In this document: piece after piece, positions 11,711 through 22,176 of the stretch
Numbering within the stretch: position 1 is the first letter of the stretch
Layout of the letters: every line of letters starts with the position of its first letter
DNA from: Schmidtea nova
Lineage: Eukaryota
Assembly (NCBI GenBank): GCA_044892505.1
Contig: CM097883.1
Span: 421,352,001-421,416,000 of the forward strand
Length of the DNA stretch: 64,000 nt
Reading direction: 5' to 3'
Made by a program: the position numbers and the translations under genes
Notes under the pieces: model-generated
What the model was told of the DNA's origin: nothing
The model's input: only the letters and a program-made list of their open reading frames with translations
Databases searched by the model: none

Positions 11711-12661
11711 AATTTTCGATTTTTATCTTAAAAATTCTTAAACATTTGAAAGAAAATTGTTTTAGTTAAAAATTTAACAAATTTAACTTAATTAGAAAAA
11801 TCTTGATTCAAATTAAAATTTTGGATTTAAAATAAATTATTTAAAATTTTATTAAAATTTTATGCAAAAATATTTATTTGGTTTTGCATAAAATTGTTAA
11901 ATTTAATTTTGAAAGAATCGAATCAATGGAAACAACACGTAGAACATTGTATAAATAACGCCATCAAAATAGAAATTATTAGAATTGGCTTGAAAGTTTT
12001 GAGAAATTTATAAAAATTGTTAGAGAACCCACTGGGGAAAACCGAAAAAGGCGAACCCCTCAAAAAGTTCAAGAAACAATCAATCAGTTTCCGACTTGCA
12101 GAATCCGGAGTTTTTGCGAAAATTTCAAGACACATGTGAGGATCTCAATTTTTTTATTATGCAGGCTAGCAAGTCATGCTCTCGTTACCCTGCCGTAGGT
12201 ATTTTACTTGACCTTTCGATTATATTATTGGTAATACGTTATTGTACGATTTAATATGTTATTCATAATTTTTTTTGGAAATTATAATTTTTCGATTTAA
12301 ATTTTAATTTTGTCACATTTTTCTCAGAAACTAACATCATTGAATTGTTATTCATTTATTGTTTTATTTGTACATCTATTTTTTCTCATTAAAACCACTT
12401 CCATACCTTCTAAAGTCAGTCCGGCCTTGAGCTTTACTGATGAAATAGCCTAAGTGGATCACTGTTCGGTTACTTGCTGGCCAGCCCGCTCTAGGTGAGG
12501 CCCACACATTCATGATCGCCTCATCCCATCCATCGTTTTAGGGGAGCAGTGGCTTGACCAAGAACAAGGATTTCTCAAATTAATTTAACTTCTAGAATCC
12601 TATTACATTTTTACCGAAGTGCGATACGGTATTCGAAGACGCAAATGAATATTTTATTTAT

Positions 12662-12662
12662 A

Positions 12663-12713
<51 letters not shown>
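12662..12713. repeat. (TA)n microsatellite
   Basis: Direct reading. Confidence 0.95.
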
Positions 12714-12720
<7 letters not shown>

Positions 12721-13310
12721 TACATAACTCTTATATCTACATAAAAATTTGGACATAATAAAAATAAATTGAAAATATGCATTCATCTCGTATATTGCCT
12801 TCGCAAAATGAATGTCGTCTTTATCTCGCTATAAAGAAATCGCAAATAAGTCGAATGTTTTTAAAGCTCTTAAATAACAACTCAATAAATAATAGAAATG
12901 TCTATATTGTAATATACTTTCAGATCATATTCGATATTATTCAATCGAACTTCACTTTAAGTCACAAACATGAATAATAAATACTTCTGAAAATGGTATC
13001 TAAAGATTTTTGTATTCAAAAATTCCAAAAGAAAGGTCTTGAAATTTTATATATATTTTTTTGATTGTCAAAAAATTCGAATATGGTTGAAAAAATAAAA
13101 ATTTATTTTATAATATTATATTATGCAAAAATTTAGATTAAATTATTAGAATATAAAAATTACAAATTGGAAATTTTATTTTTATATTAGAATATAAAAA
13201 TTATAAATTATAAATCATATTATTATATAAATTTTATAAAATTCTAAATTTAAAATTATGTAGGAAAAATTATAAATAGTATTATTATTATTTCAATCCT
13301 AAAATTATTA

Positions 13311-13311
<1 letters not shown>

Positions 13312-13385
<74 letters not shown>

Positions 13386-13707
13386 TGAGAAGAATACCTT
13401 TACCACTGACGACAATACAAACAATTTCAAGTGACAATAGAACACCTCACTGATTCCGATTGTTCGAAATCAAAGAGAAGTTTATCCAATATTGCAATGC
13501 CGGAATCCAAATCCGATGAAGATCACATTCACTGCCAGTGACAATACAAGCAATTTCGAGTGACAATTGAGTCGAGAAAACCCTGAATATCATCCAATTG
13601 ATCCAGATATTTCAGACTCTTCTGCCCTAGAATATTGTCAGTATGGGATGCTCCATGTTGAGCTATGTCCCATTGGAAAATTATCATATATTATTGAAAT
13701 AAAATTT

Positions 13708-13787
<80 letters not shown>
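13312..13787. repeat. Two (TA)n tracts enclosing a 325-bp non-repetitive insert
   Basis: (TA)n at about 13312-13382 and 13708-13787. The insert has an internal direct repeat (GACAATACAA.CAATTTC.AGTGACAAT) near 13410 and 13540. Confidence 0.85.
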
Positions 13788-13790
<3 letters not shown>

Positions 13791-13802
13791 AATAATTTTA
13801 TT

Positions 13803-14300
13803 AAATACCCTTCACGATATCACAAAATAATTATACATTCATATTTACAAATGAATACATCCATACCATTCATTAACACCATTCACATTTAATACCACAC
13901 ACAAAAATTTATTCATCTACAAATACACATATCACATCATTTCATGCATTAACACCCATCAGCATCACGCATCCAAAAAATCGACACAAGAAATTCACTC
14001 ATTCACATTCATCATTGAACTACCCATCTCACTCAACAACATCAACTACGTTCACATTACTACACTGAAAATTCACGATTTAATCTATAAAAATATAAAT
14101 AACCATCAAATTTGCAAATCACAACATCAATTGATCCAACTTGTTGGCGACCTAATTATCATTGTGTTTCTAACTAACAACCCCTATATTATTCAAAATC
14201 ACACTGGAAATTCATAGTATTCAACAACTCAAATCACCTTTTAAGCATCCTTCATAACTTGCACCTATTGACACCCTTACAATAAATCTTATTATTCAGT
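13803..14300 (-). repeat. Module A copy 3
   Basis: AAATACCCTTCACGATATCACAAAAT anchor at 13803-13828 and similar following sequence to copy 2. Right boundary approximate. Confidence 0.5.
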
Positions 14301-15778
14301 TAACTCAAGTATTTAATTCAAAAAGATCTCATCTAATTAATTTTCAAGAAAATATCACCAATTCAGTTAATAAAGTTAGACTGAAATATACTTTGAATCC
14401 CGTAGAACTTACTATTTAACACCCACCCAATGTTGATTAAAAGCTATTGTATACATATAAAATGTAATTCACTATTATGCAATAGCCCAACTCCAATAAT
14501 ATTCACTCTAAACACTAAGACTCAGAATAGATGAAAATTTTTTTTAAAATAAAATCATTTAAAATTTAATTTTAATAATTTCACAATTACCAACATTTAA
14601 AAAAAACAAGAAAACAATTCTTTCAAAACAGCAACTTTTATATAATTAAATCATATATGATACCCCAACGAGGGACTATCTCCAACTAATTCCTGAATTA
14701 CCAGCCACAGTCATGGAATAAGTACATATCACCGGCGAGAAAGTAAAATTAGACCAGATATGTTAGACGGAATCCGACGGGGACAAAATTCTGCATAGAT
14801 CAAAATCTCGGTAGATCGCCGGTCATCAAAAAAATCGGAGTGCAAAAGCTCTGAGTCGGTGCTGGTTGCGATTGTAATGATTATTTCCAAGCGAGTCGAG
14901 AGTCTACAGATGCTGAGGTGCGATTATTTTTCATTGGTTACCGTTGTAATGATACAATTGACTGACTTGTTGTATAGATTAGTGAATGGAAGTTTGTTTT
15001 CTAAAATTCTAATTTACTAAAATTTAATCAATATAAGAGAATTCTAAATAAAAATTACTTGATAAAGATTGTCCACCGGATAATATTCATGTTAATGAAT
15101 AGATTTTTTTCTAAACCAGGTTAAAATATATACAAATTCAAACTACTAAAATTGTCAAATATCGGATGAAATTCTTGTAAAGATAAGAAATCAATAATTA
15201 TAATACGTTAGATTGAATGCTTACCATATAAAGTTTATATTATAAACTGACCAATAGTAGCAATTTAAATTCGGTAAATCGCTTATATAGTTGAATTTTA
15301 AAGTTGAATTTTTCCGTTTCAGAGGGTAAGGAAACGTTGGAAAATTTAATCCCATAGTATAAAAACTTGACATCATCGTAGTTTTCATAAATGGAAACCC
15401 TAAGGCCTAACAAAACCAAGTTTCCCCTTCATATTAATTATAACCGTTGCCTGTGATCAAGGCCTCGGCGATAATTTGAAATATAATTTTCGTTTTTGGT
15501 TAATTTAATTTTGACATAAATTTAATGGGATTACCCGTATTAATTCGACGTTAAATGGACGTAAATGAATTCTTTCTAAATTTAACTCTATTGAATTTTG
15601 AATTAAAATAATGATATAAATAAATACCGAGTATACAACAGGTTTGAGTATAATTCTGTAACTGAAATAAAAATCTGGACGATCTTTGCGTTTTTGAGAT
15701 GGTATAGTGCACGAAAATTGGATGGAATAGTTTGGCGATTAAAATCTTATTGAATGTCTATAGATGAATTGTTGGATA

Positions 15779-16010
15779 AGGGACAAAATGGGCATCAAAC
15801 CTTTTATCGGTAGCCCTTGAACCCAAGAGATGTTCAGTCAATCATAGTTTCAAATTTTTCGACGCTCACTGATTGCAAATGTCCACCCATTCGTTGCATT
15901 ACCAACGTTACATTGTAACGGGCAACATAATGGTTAAAGTAATGTTTTATGTGTTGAGTTGTTGATGGGAGCCATAACAACGTCAAGGTCATATTGACGG
16001 TTAACAACCC
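15779..16010 (+). ncRNA. Structured element B copy B2 (subfamily a)
   Basis: Aligns over about 230 nt with B1 and B3, and the stems are retained largely through G-U-type changes. Confidence 0.7.
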
Positions 16011-17473
16011 ATCAGAATCAATAAAAAGATCCAGATCTACGATTCAATCCAAGTCTTCGAGACCTTGGATGATCTGTACAGAAACATTTGTGTAGTAAGA
16101 CATGATTAATTTGCATACAATTTTGATAACGTAGTAGTATAATTTTTTATATTTATGCATTATTATCAGTGATTTTTGTGTACAAGTGCTTTTACGATGT
16201 AAGAAGTGAAGAACCAATTTGATTGGTTAATGGTGAAGGATAAAGGGAATAGAAAAATAGGTTGTAGAAAATTGTAAGGGGCATACAAGGGAACTTCATC
16301 TTAACCATAGCTTAAAAAATTAAATTGATAAAACTTTAATCTTAGTTATTTTAGTAAGAAATGGAGCAAATTCAATAGACAAGGGAAACATACGACAGCT
16401 AAGCAAAACTGCAAAGTGTTGAGCAAAAACTGCAATTTGTTTTAATACAGCGATAACCCCATAGGTAGAGAACGCGCAAGATTCCATTTTTAACCCTAGC
16501 ATCCATTAAAAATCCAACAGTTAAGCGGAAAACACCAAAAGGTGAAGTGGAATCAAAACACATCAACCGGTAGAGTACGCGCTAGCTGTAAATTTGCAAG
16601 TCTTTTCATTGAAATCTCGAGAAAAATTAAAAGTAGAATGTTTGAAAGTTAGAATAGGCGGAAAACCCATTGAAAATGCCCATAAAAAACAGAATTTTTT
16701 TCATAAACCTTCAGTACAGAAAAAATCGACTCGTACTCACCTTCACCTTCACACTCTCAACAACGATCCTCTTATGCGGAAAACGCAAGAAAAATGGAAG
16801 CTAATGCCGAAAAGAAAATTGTTCGAAATAATGCTCAAAGCTAGTATAATGATCACGAAATGAAACGAATTGCGAAACAAGTATTGATTTGATTTTACTC
16901 GATGTCGAAAATATTCTTGAGGAGTTTATAACTTATTTCATTTTATTTTTATTCAGTATATAAAACCTTTTAGATCAAATTCTTATTTGGATCGAAAAAT
17001 TTGTAGATAAAAATTTGTTATGTGGATTTCATTTTGATAAAAATAAAATTTACTTTTTATTATAATACAAAAATTTTAAAATAAAAAGCTGTAAACCAAA
17101 GATCTTCCTAATATTGTTATTCTATAAAATATTTTGTCATTTTATAAAAATTCAAAAGAATTTATAAATCAAGAATTGTATCCAAACCCAGAAAAATTAT
17201 AAATCGAAATTTTATTATCACATTAATAATTTTTATCATTTTATAAAAACCCAAATTCGAAATCTTATAGAAAAATAAAAAAATATAAGAAAAATATAAA
17301 AATTTAAATTCAAAAACCTATGTTATAAAAATTATAAATATTATCATTTATTTAATTTTCATAAAATTATAAATTAGATTAAAAAATTAGTATTATTATA
17401 TTTATTTAAAAATTATTATTATTATTTTAATTTTAAAAAATATTTTTTATAATTTATATATAGTATATTATAA

Positions 17474-18020
17474 CTACCCCCACGATATCTCAAAATCATA
17501 AGGCACCTCTAATTGCAAAAAATTACACCCTTTTCATTCAATAGCATCATCCATACTAATACACAAGCAACCTCTATTTAAAACACTATACACACCTACA
17601 CGGTATCATTCAACAGCATTTCAACAATCATACACAAGCAAACCATACCAAAAATTCCACACAGACATGCTAGTTAGAATTGTACGTCTAACCACACGCA
17701 CAAGTACTCCATTGTTTTCAGTCATCCATACCAAAAATCGCACGCAACCACGATAACAATAAAATCAGCCAAACCTATAGTAATATCACACTCAGTCGTT
17801 CGATCTCACCTCACTCATCAATAAATCATTTGTTTTACATCCCACTTACTGATCAGCACTCAAACACATACGATAGCCAAACAGATATCCATAATAGACC
17901 TAACAGGATATGGATGCTTACAAACTTGCACTCCGAACGTCCATGTCATCCACATTCGAATCACCATTCAAAAATTTAAGGCAAACACATTGTTATAAAT
18001 CGCCAAACTTATACACAAAT
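17474..18020 (-). repeat. Module A copy 4
   Basis: TACCCCCACGATATCTCAAAATC anchor. The minus frame has KCC*MIPCRCV*CF, matching the Cys pattern of copy 2. Right boundary approximate. Confidence 0.5.
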
Positions 18021-19353
18021 CTAATCCCCAGGAGGATTACGAGAGAAAAAGCAAAATAAAAAGGAGTAAAATCATTAATTAACAAATGATACAAGAATAA
18101 ACTAAACATGAGAAAAATTATTAAACTTAAATTAATTAAGGTAAACTAAATGTACTACACATAAAATTGGTTGTTTTTTTGTTCTCGTAATTAGATCCAA
18201 TCCGCTTCATCAGTTGAATATTTGAACAGAGATGTAGTCCAAAAATGTAATCCTAATTCCCTAACGAGGGTTAAATCATATTGTGGTAAGGGAAAAAGGA
18301 GAAATTCCATTTTATTCATAAAAACATAAGATAGGCGGCTATAGAGAAGATCTGTTTGAAAAACCACGAAATTACATTATTGAACAGAGACTGAATTGAA
18401 ATTGATTAGAAATTGGATCGAAATTGAATAGAAATTGAAATTGAAATTGAAATTCTATCACCACTTCTGTGGATTGCACTGCGAATTCTTTTCAATTTTT
18501 TATTTTTTGAAATTTTCGGATAATAAATTTCGAGATCTGCAAGTGTTTGTTTTTGTGGTGGAAGATCTTCACTCTGGTAATTCCCCTCGACTAGTTAACT
18601 GGATATTGAGACCTAAATCCTGAAAATGTTATTACCTAAACGAAATAGAATAAATTACTAGTATGTTCGTTGGTTTGGGAGAAATCCGCTTCCTAAAAAT
18701 ACCTATCAAAAATCAATAATTATAATATAAACTTTAAATCGTGATAATAAAAATTATCCAATAAAAATCATGGAATATTTGCTTACTCATTTATATAGTT
18801 TTCTTCTTTTAAGGGGGAACAGCCTTGTTTTCAGGGGTATCCGAACTAGATTTGAATTTCCTAAAATAAAATTTAATTTAGAATCTGAAAATATAGGAAA
18901 TATCTAAAATTAATAGGTAATAATTAGATTAAATTTACTCAATTTCTAGACAGTTTATATTGATACCGTTGCTAATGCCTCGGCAAATTTTGAAAAATTA
19001 AATAAATTAAAGTTTAGTAAAATTATAATTATATTTCTGCACGATAGACATTAGGGATGAGGAATAAGTGAAATATCGTTAAATTTATTGACACAGAAAT
19101 ACACAAATTAAAAAAAATCTTGAAACTAATAATGAAGTTTAGTTAAAATCAATAAAAATCAAATACTTTGAATAGATGTGTTGATAAAAAGGTATTCCCT
19201 CTTGATTTCCCGAATTGAGGCTCGATGGGCATACCCATGGAAGATTCGTGGTCAAATATGTGTTTATTAAATTTTCATAAATGATGATAGATGTTGAAAT
19301 TGTTGTGCATTAACTATGCTCAACATGTACTAAATGATTGCATACTTTTAGAA

Positions 19354-19925
19354 ATGAACCCAATACAACAGCTCGAGGAGATCCGTGCGTTATTACTCGA
19401 CAACGCGAGACATAACAAGAAGGTCGATGCCCGTTTGGCCGAACTAGAAGCCAAAGGCGCATCCAACTCTGACGCACTCCAGCTGATGACTGGCCGAATG
19501 GAAAAATTCCGGGCCCGCTGTCGCGAAATGGAAGCGACATGGTCCCATAAAGAGACGATGGATCGGCTGAAGAAACAGAACCAGCTGCTAATGCAACAGG
19601 CCGCCGAGGACGCAATGAGATTGCGGCGTGTCGGTTTGCAATGCGAGAACAGGAACTCGTAAACCAAAAACTACAGGTAGATAGCGGCATCATCGCAGCC
19701 ATACTACCGAGATCTCAACCTACCCCTCAAGAACTGTTCCCGGTGAGGGTGGAGGAGGAAATCACAGCAGCAGCGGCTCCGACCAAGCCAAAACGATGGA
19801 GGCCCAGTAAAGGAACAAGGGCCAGAAATAAGCGCCGTCAAGAAGCCCGAGTGCTAGGCCAATTGAGGGTCGAGGCCTCGAAAATCGGTGATTTAACCAT
19901 TGACCTGACTAATGCACGTTTTTGA
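19354..19925 (+). pseudogene. Family X copy 3 (one frameshift near 19650)
   Basis: MNPIQQLEEIRALL...MEATWSHKETMDRLKK... then ...KPKRWRPSKGTRARNKRRQEARVLGQLRVEASKIGDLTIDL. TTTTAG acceptor 2 nt before the ATG. The most divergent X copy. Confidence 0.65.
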
Positions 19926-20128
19926 GTGAACTTGTAATAAATGTCGTTATTTTTATGCTGTAATTATAAGTTTTCAATTAGTTTTCTTTTGTGTGATTGA
20001 ATGAAGATAAAGAAAAAAATAAAAGCACTCAAATAAATTAATTGATTAATAAATAAATCACAGTTTAGCGAAAATATTCAAATGAAAATCTCGTATAAAA
20101 CATCTACAGTGATAGAGCGGTTAATTTA

Positions 20129-20361
20129 GGGGGGACAAAAATGGGCACTAAACCTTCTATCGGTAGCCCTTGGACCCAGGAGATATTCGGTCAATCATAG
20201 TTTCGTATTGACGACGCTCACTGATTGCGAATACCCACCCACTTGTTACAGTACCAACGTTACATAGTGACGGGTAACAAGATGGTAGTTTTAATGTTTT
20301 ATGTGTTGAGTTGTTGATGAGAGCCATAGTAACGTCAAGGTCATATTGACGATCAACAACC
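20129..20361 (+). ncRNA. Structured element B copy B3 (subfamily a), 3' of X3
   Basis: Compensatory changes versus B1: TTGTTAC/GTAACAA against TTGTTGC/GCAACAA, and TCGT-ATTG-ACGA against TCGA-ATTT-TCGA. Confidence 0.7.
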
Positions 20362-20425
20362 CACCAAAAGGAATAATGCTGGGGAAAAATTTCAAGTAAC
20401 CGAATATATTCAAATTCCAAATTAT

Positions 20426-20722
20426 TTGAGAATAGATGACCGAAAAATGAAAATCAAGATGCTTAAACTACATCGAAATATGGGGATGAATTTAACCGAT
20501 AAAGTTAAGATATCCATCAAAGAACAATATTACCTTTACAACATCAAAGGGACAGTGGAAATAATCGATGGGAATCAACCGTGGTTGGAATTAAAGAAAT
20601 TATTGTCTTGGAAAATTCAAAAGGAAATTATGGCAAAATTCATACGTGCAGCGAATGAAGAAGCTCTCATTGTTTTGGAAACGAGAACAAAAAATGAGCA
20701 AAATGAGAGACCATGTATGTAG
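20426..20722 (+). other. 98-codon ORF between convergent B elements, unknown
   Basis: ORF track only. Plausible helical composition, but no homologue was recognised in the window. Confidence 0.3.
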
Positions 20723-20889
20723 CCAACAGAGAGCCATGATGCAACATTGAAGCAAATCTCAGAGGAAATGGTGAAACGAAAATTGTCTTTTGTTAGGAGT
20801 GTTGGTGTGTTGTGTTTAAAATTCAAACTCTGAATCAGCTTTCTGACTTTCTCTTCCTGACCTTGACTTCCTCGCTCTCTAGGGTCCAA

Positions 20890-21075
20890 CACACACATAA
20901 AAACTTAACTGTTCATACACCCGTGAATTACCCTAATCGTTCACGTTGGAATTGTGTATAAGAGCCGATCGCAAGCCAGCAGGTGAGCTCCTTCACAAGA
21001 ACTACTCCTGACTTGTCGCATCGTTCGGGTTCTAGCTTGACCGATAGAAGGTCTCGTTATAACTCTCCTCACCCT
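20890..21075 (-). ncRNA. Structured element B copy B' (subfamily b), 3' of X4
   Basis: Minus strand: GACC-TTCTATC-GGTC..GAACCCGA..CAAGTCAG..TAGTTC..GAGCTCAC..CTGGCTTG-CGAT..ATACAC-AATTCCAA-CGTGAA..TTCACG-G-GTGTAT..TTTTTATGTGT. Confidence 0.7.
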
Positions 21076-21297
21076 GTATTTAGGTCTCTCTTTTTGGGTG
21101 TTCGCTTCCTATTTCATATATCCCCATTCAGCCTATTACTTTATTATTTCCTACTAATTACCCTTTTGCTTACGGTTTTATGAGTCAATGAAACTGGAGT
21201 TTATTTTTCGTTATAACTTTATTTAATTCAATTCTCAACCAACAAACAATAACACATTTTTATTTAAATACATATATTTATTCACATAACATTACAA

Positions 21298-21732
21298 TCA
21301 CTGTTTGCGTTTAAAGCCTGTTGTTCTAATACTGTTTGCATCAATGACCATTTTGTTGGCGTCGACCTCCATCCTCAGTTTCAACTGCTGTCGGCGTTGT
21401 GCGTGCGATTTCCTTCGTTTTCGCTTCGTTGTTTGCGTTGCTGTGATCTCGATTTCGGTACTTATTGATGGATCTGGTGTGGGAAACCATCTTTCCAACG
21501 TTATCGGGCGAATTAAATTTTTAAGGTTGTCCGTTATGAACTTTTCTGTGATGAACGACCTGCAGTTCTTTAGTTCAATTTTCAAGGCATATTTCTCCTT
21601 CCTCTGGTCCTGTATCACTTGCGTCGCCCTGATCAATTGTTCCTTTACCCTCTTCATTTCTGTCGGTGAGAAATAACTGCTTTCGATGTCGATGAGTCTC
21701 CTCTTCAATTGTCCTATTGTTTTCTCGTCCAT
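21298..21732 (-). CDS. Family X copy 4, intact 144 aa: coiled coil plus Arg/Lys-rich tail
   Basis: Open ORF with gccATGG context, TTCCAG acceptor 14 nt upstream, GTAAG donor near 21820 and TATA-like tract near 21900. Tail is TKRKRRKSHAQRRQQLKL. Confidence 0.8.
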   Translation of the reverse strand: MDEKTIGQLKRRLIDIESSYFSPTEMKRVKEQLIRATQVIQDQRKEKYALKIELKNCRSFITEKFITDNLKNLIRPITLERWFPTPDPSISTEIEITATQTTKRKRRKSHAQRRQQLKLRMEVDANKMVIDANSIRTTGFKRKQ

Positions 21733-22176
21733 GGCTATTTCCCCTACTGGAAGATAGAAGCATATTCATAATTATTGGGTTAGTTTTAATCGCAAAACGA
21801 GGGATTTATACACGACCCTTACTTGGTTATGATTAGGTTTTCTCTACCTCTTTGTTTTTTCCTCGGTTGGTAGCTACTCTTTGTTGACTAAACTCTATAT
21901 ATTTATATACATGTGCAGTGCAATTCATCCAACACATTCCTATTTCTACGCTTTTGTTTAATTTCCTAAACCTTTATTTGTGTACCACGCTATCGGGTTG
22001 ACTATCTCTTTTATTTTACTGCATATAGTTTGGAATATTTACTGACCATGGTATCGCTGTATGATGGTCATTTATTTTTATTTACTTTTAATTTTTAATT
22101 ACTAAACGGGCAGACAGAGAAATCAATACACAATAAACATATAATTAAATTTCAACACAGATGCGCTAAGTCACAT

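Noticed and set aside
12437-12470. CTGATGA motif (also on the minus strand near 1290)
   Set aside because: No stem II followed by GAAA.
13567-13791. ORF ending in (YI)n
   Set aside because: It is extended by a (TA)n microsatellite.
20205-20240. Hammerhead-like CAGTGAG...CGAAAC on the minus strand of B
   Set aside because: The core is not CUGANGA, stem II lacks the G-C closing pair and no GUH follows stem III.
20320-20352. GAGCCATAG resembling group II intron domain V
   Set aside because: The complementary 3' arm (..ACGGTTC) is absent; the motif lies in a bulge of another hairpin.
20157-20420. 87-aa minus-strand ORF overlapping B3
   Set aside because: The same frame in B1 has a stop and frame-shifting indels, so conservation is not at protein level.
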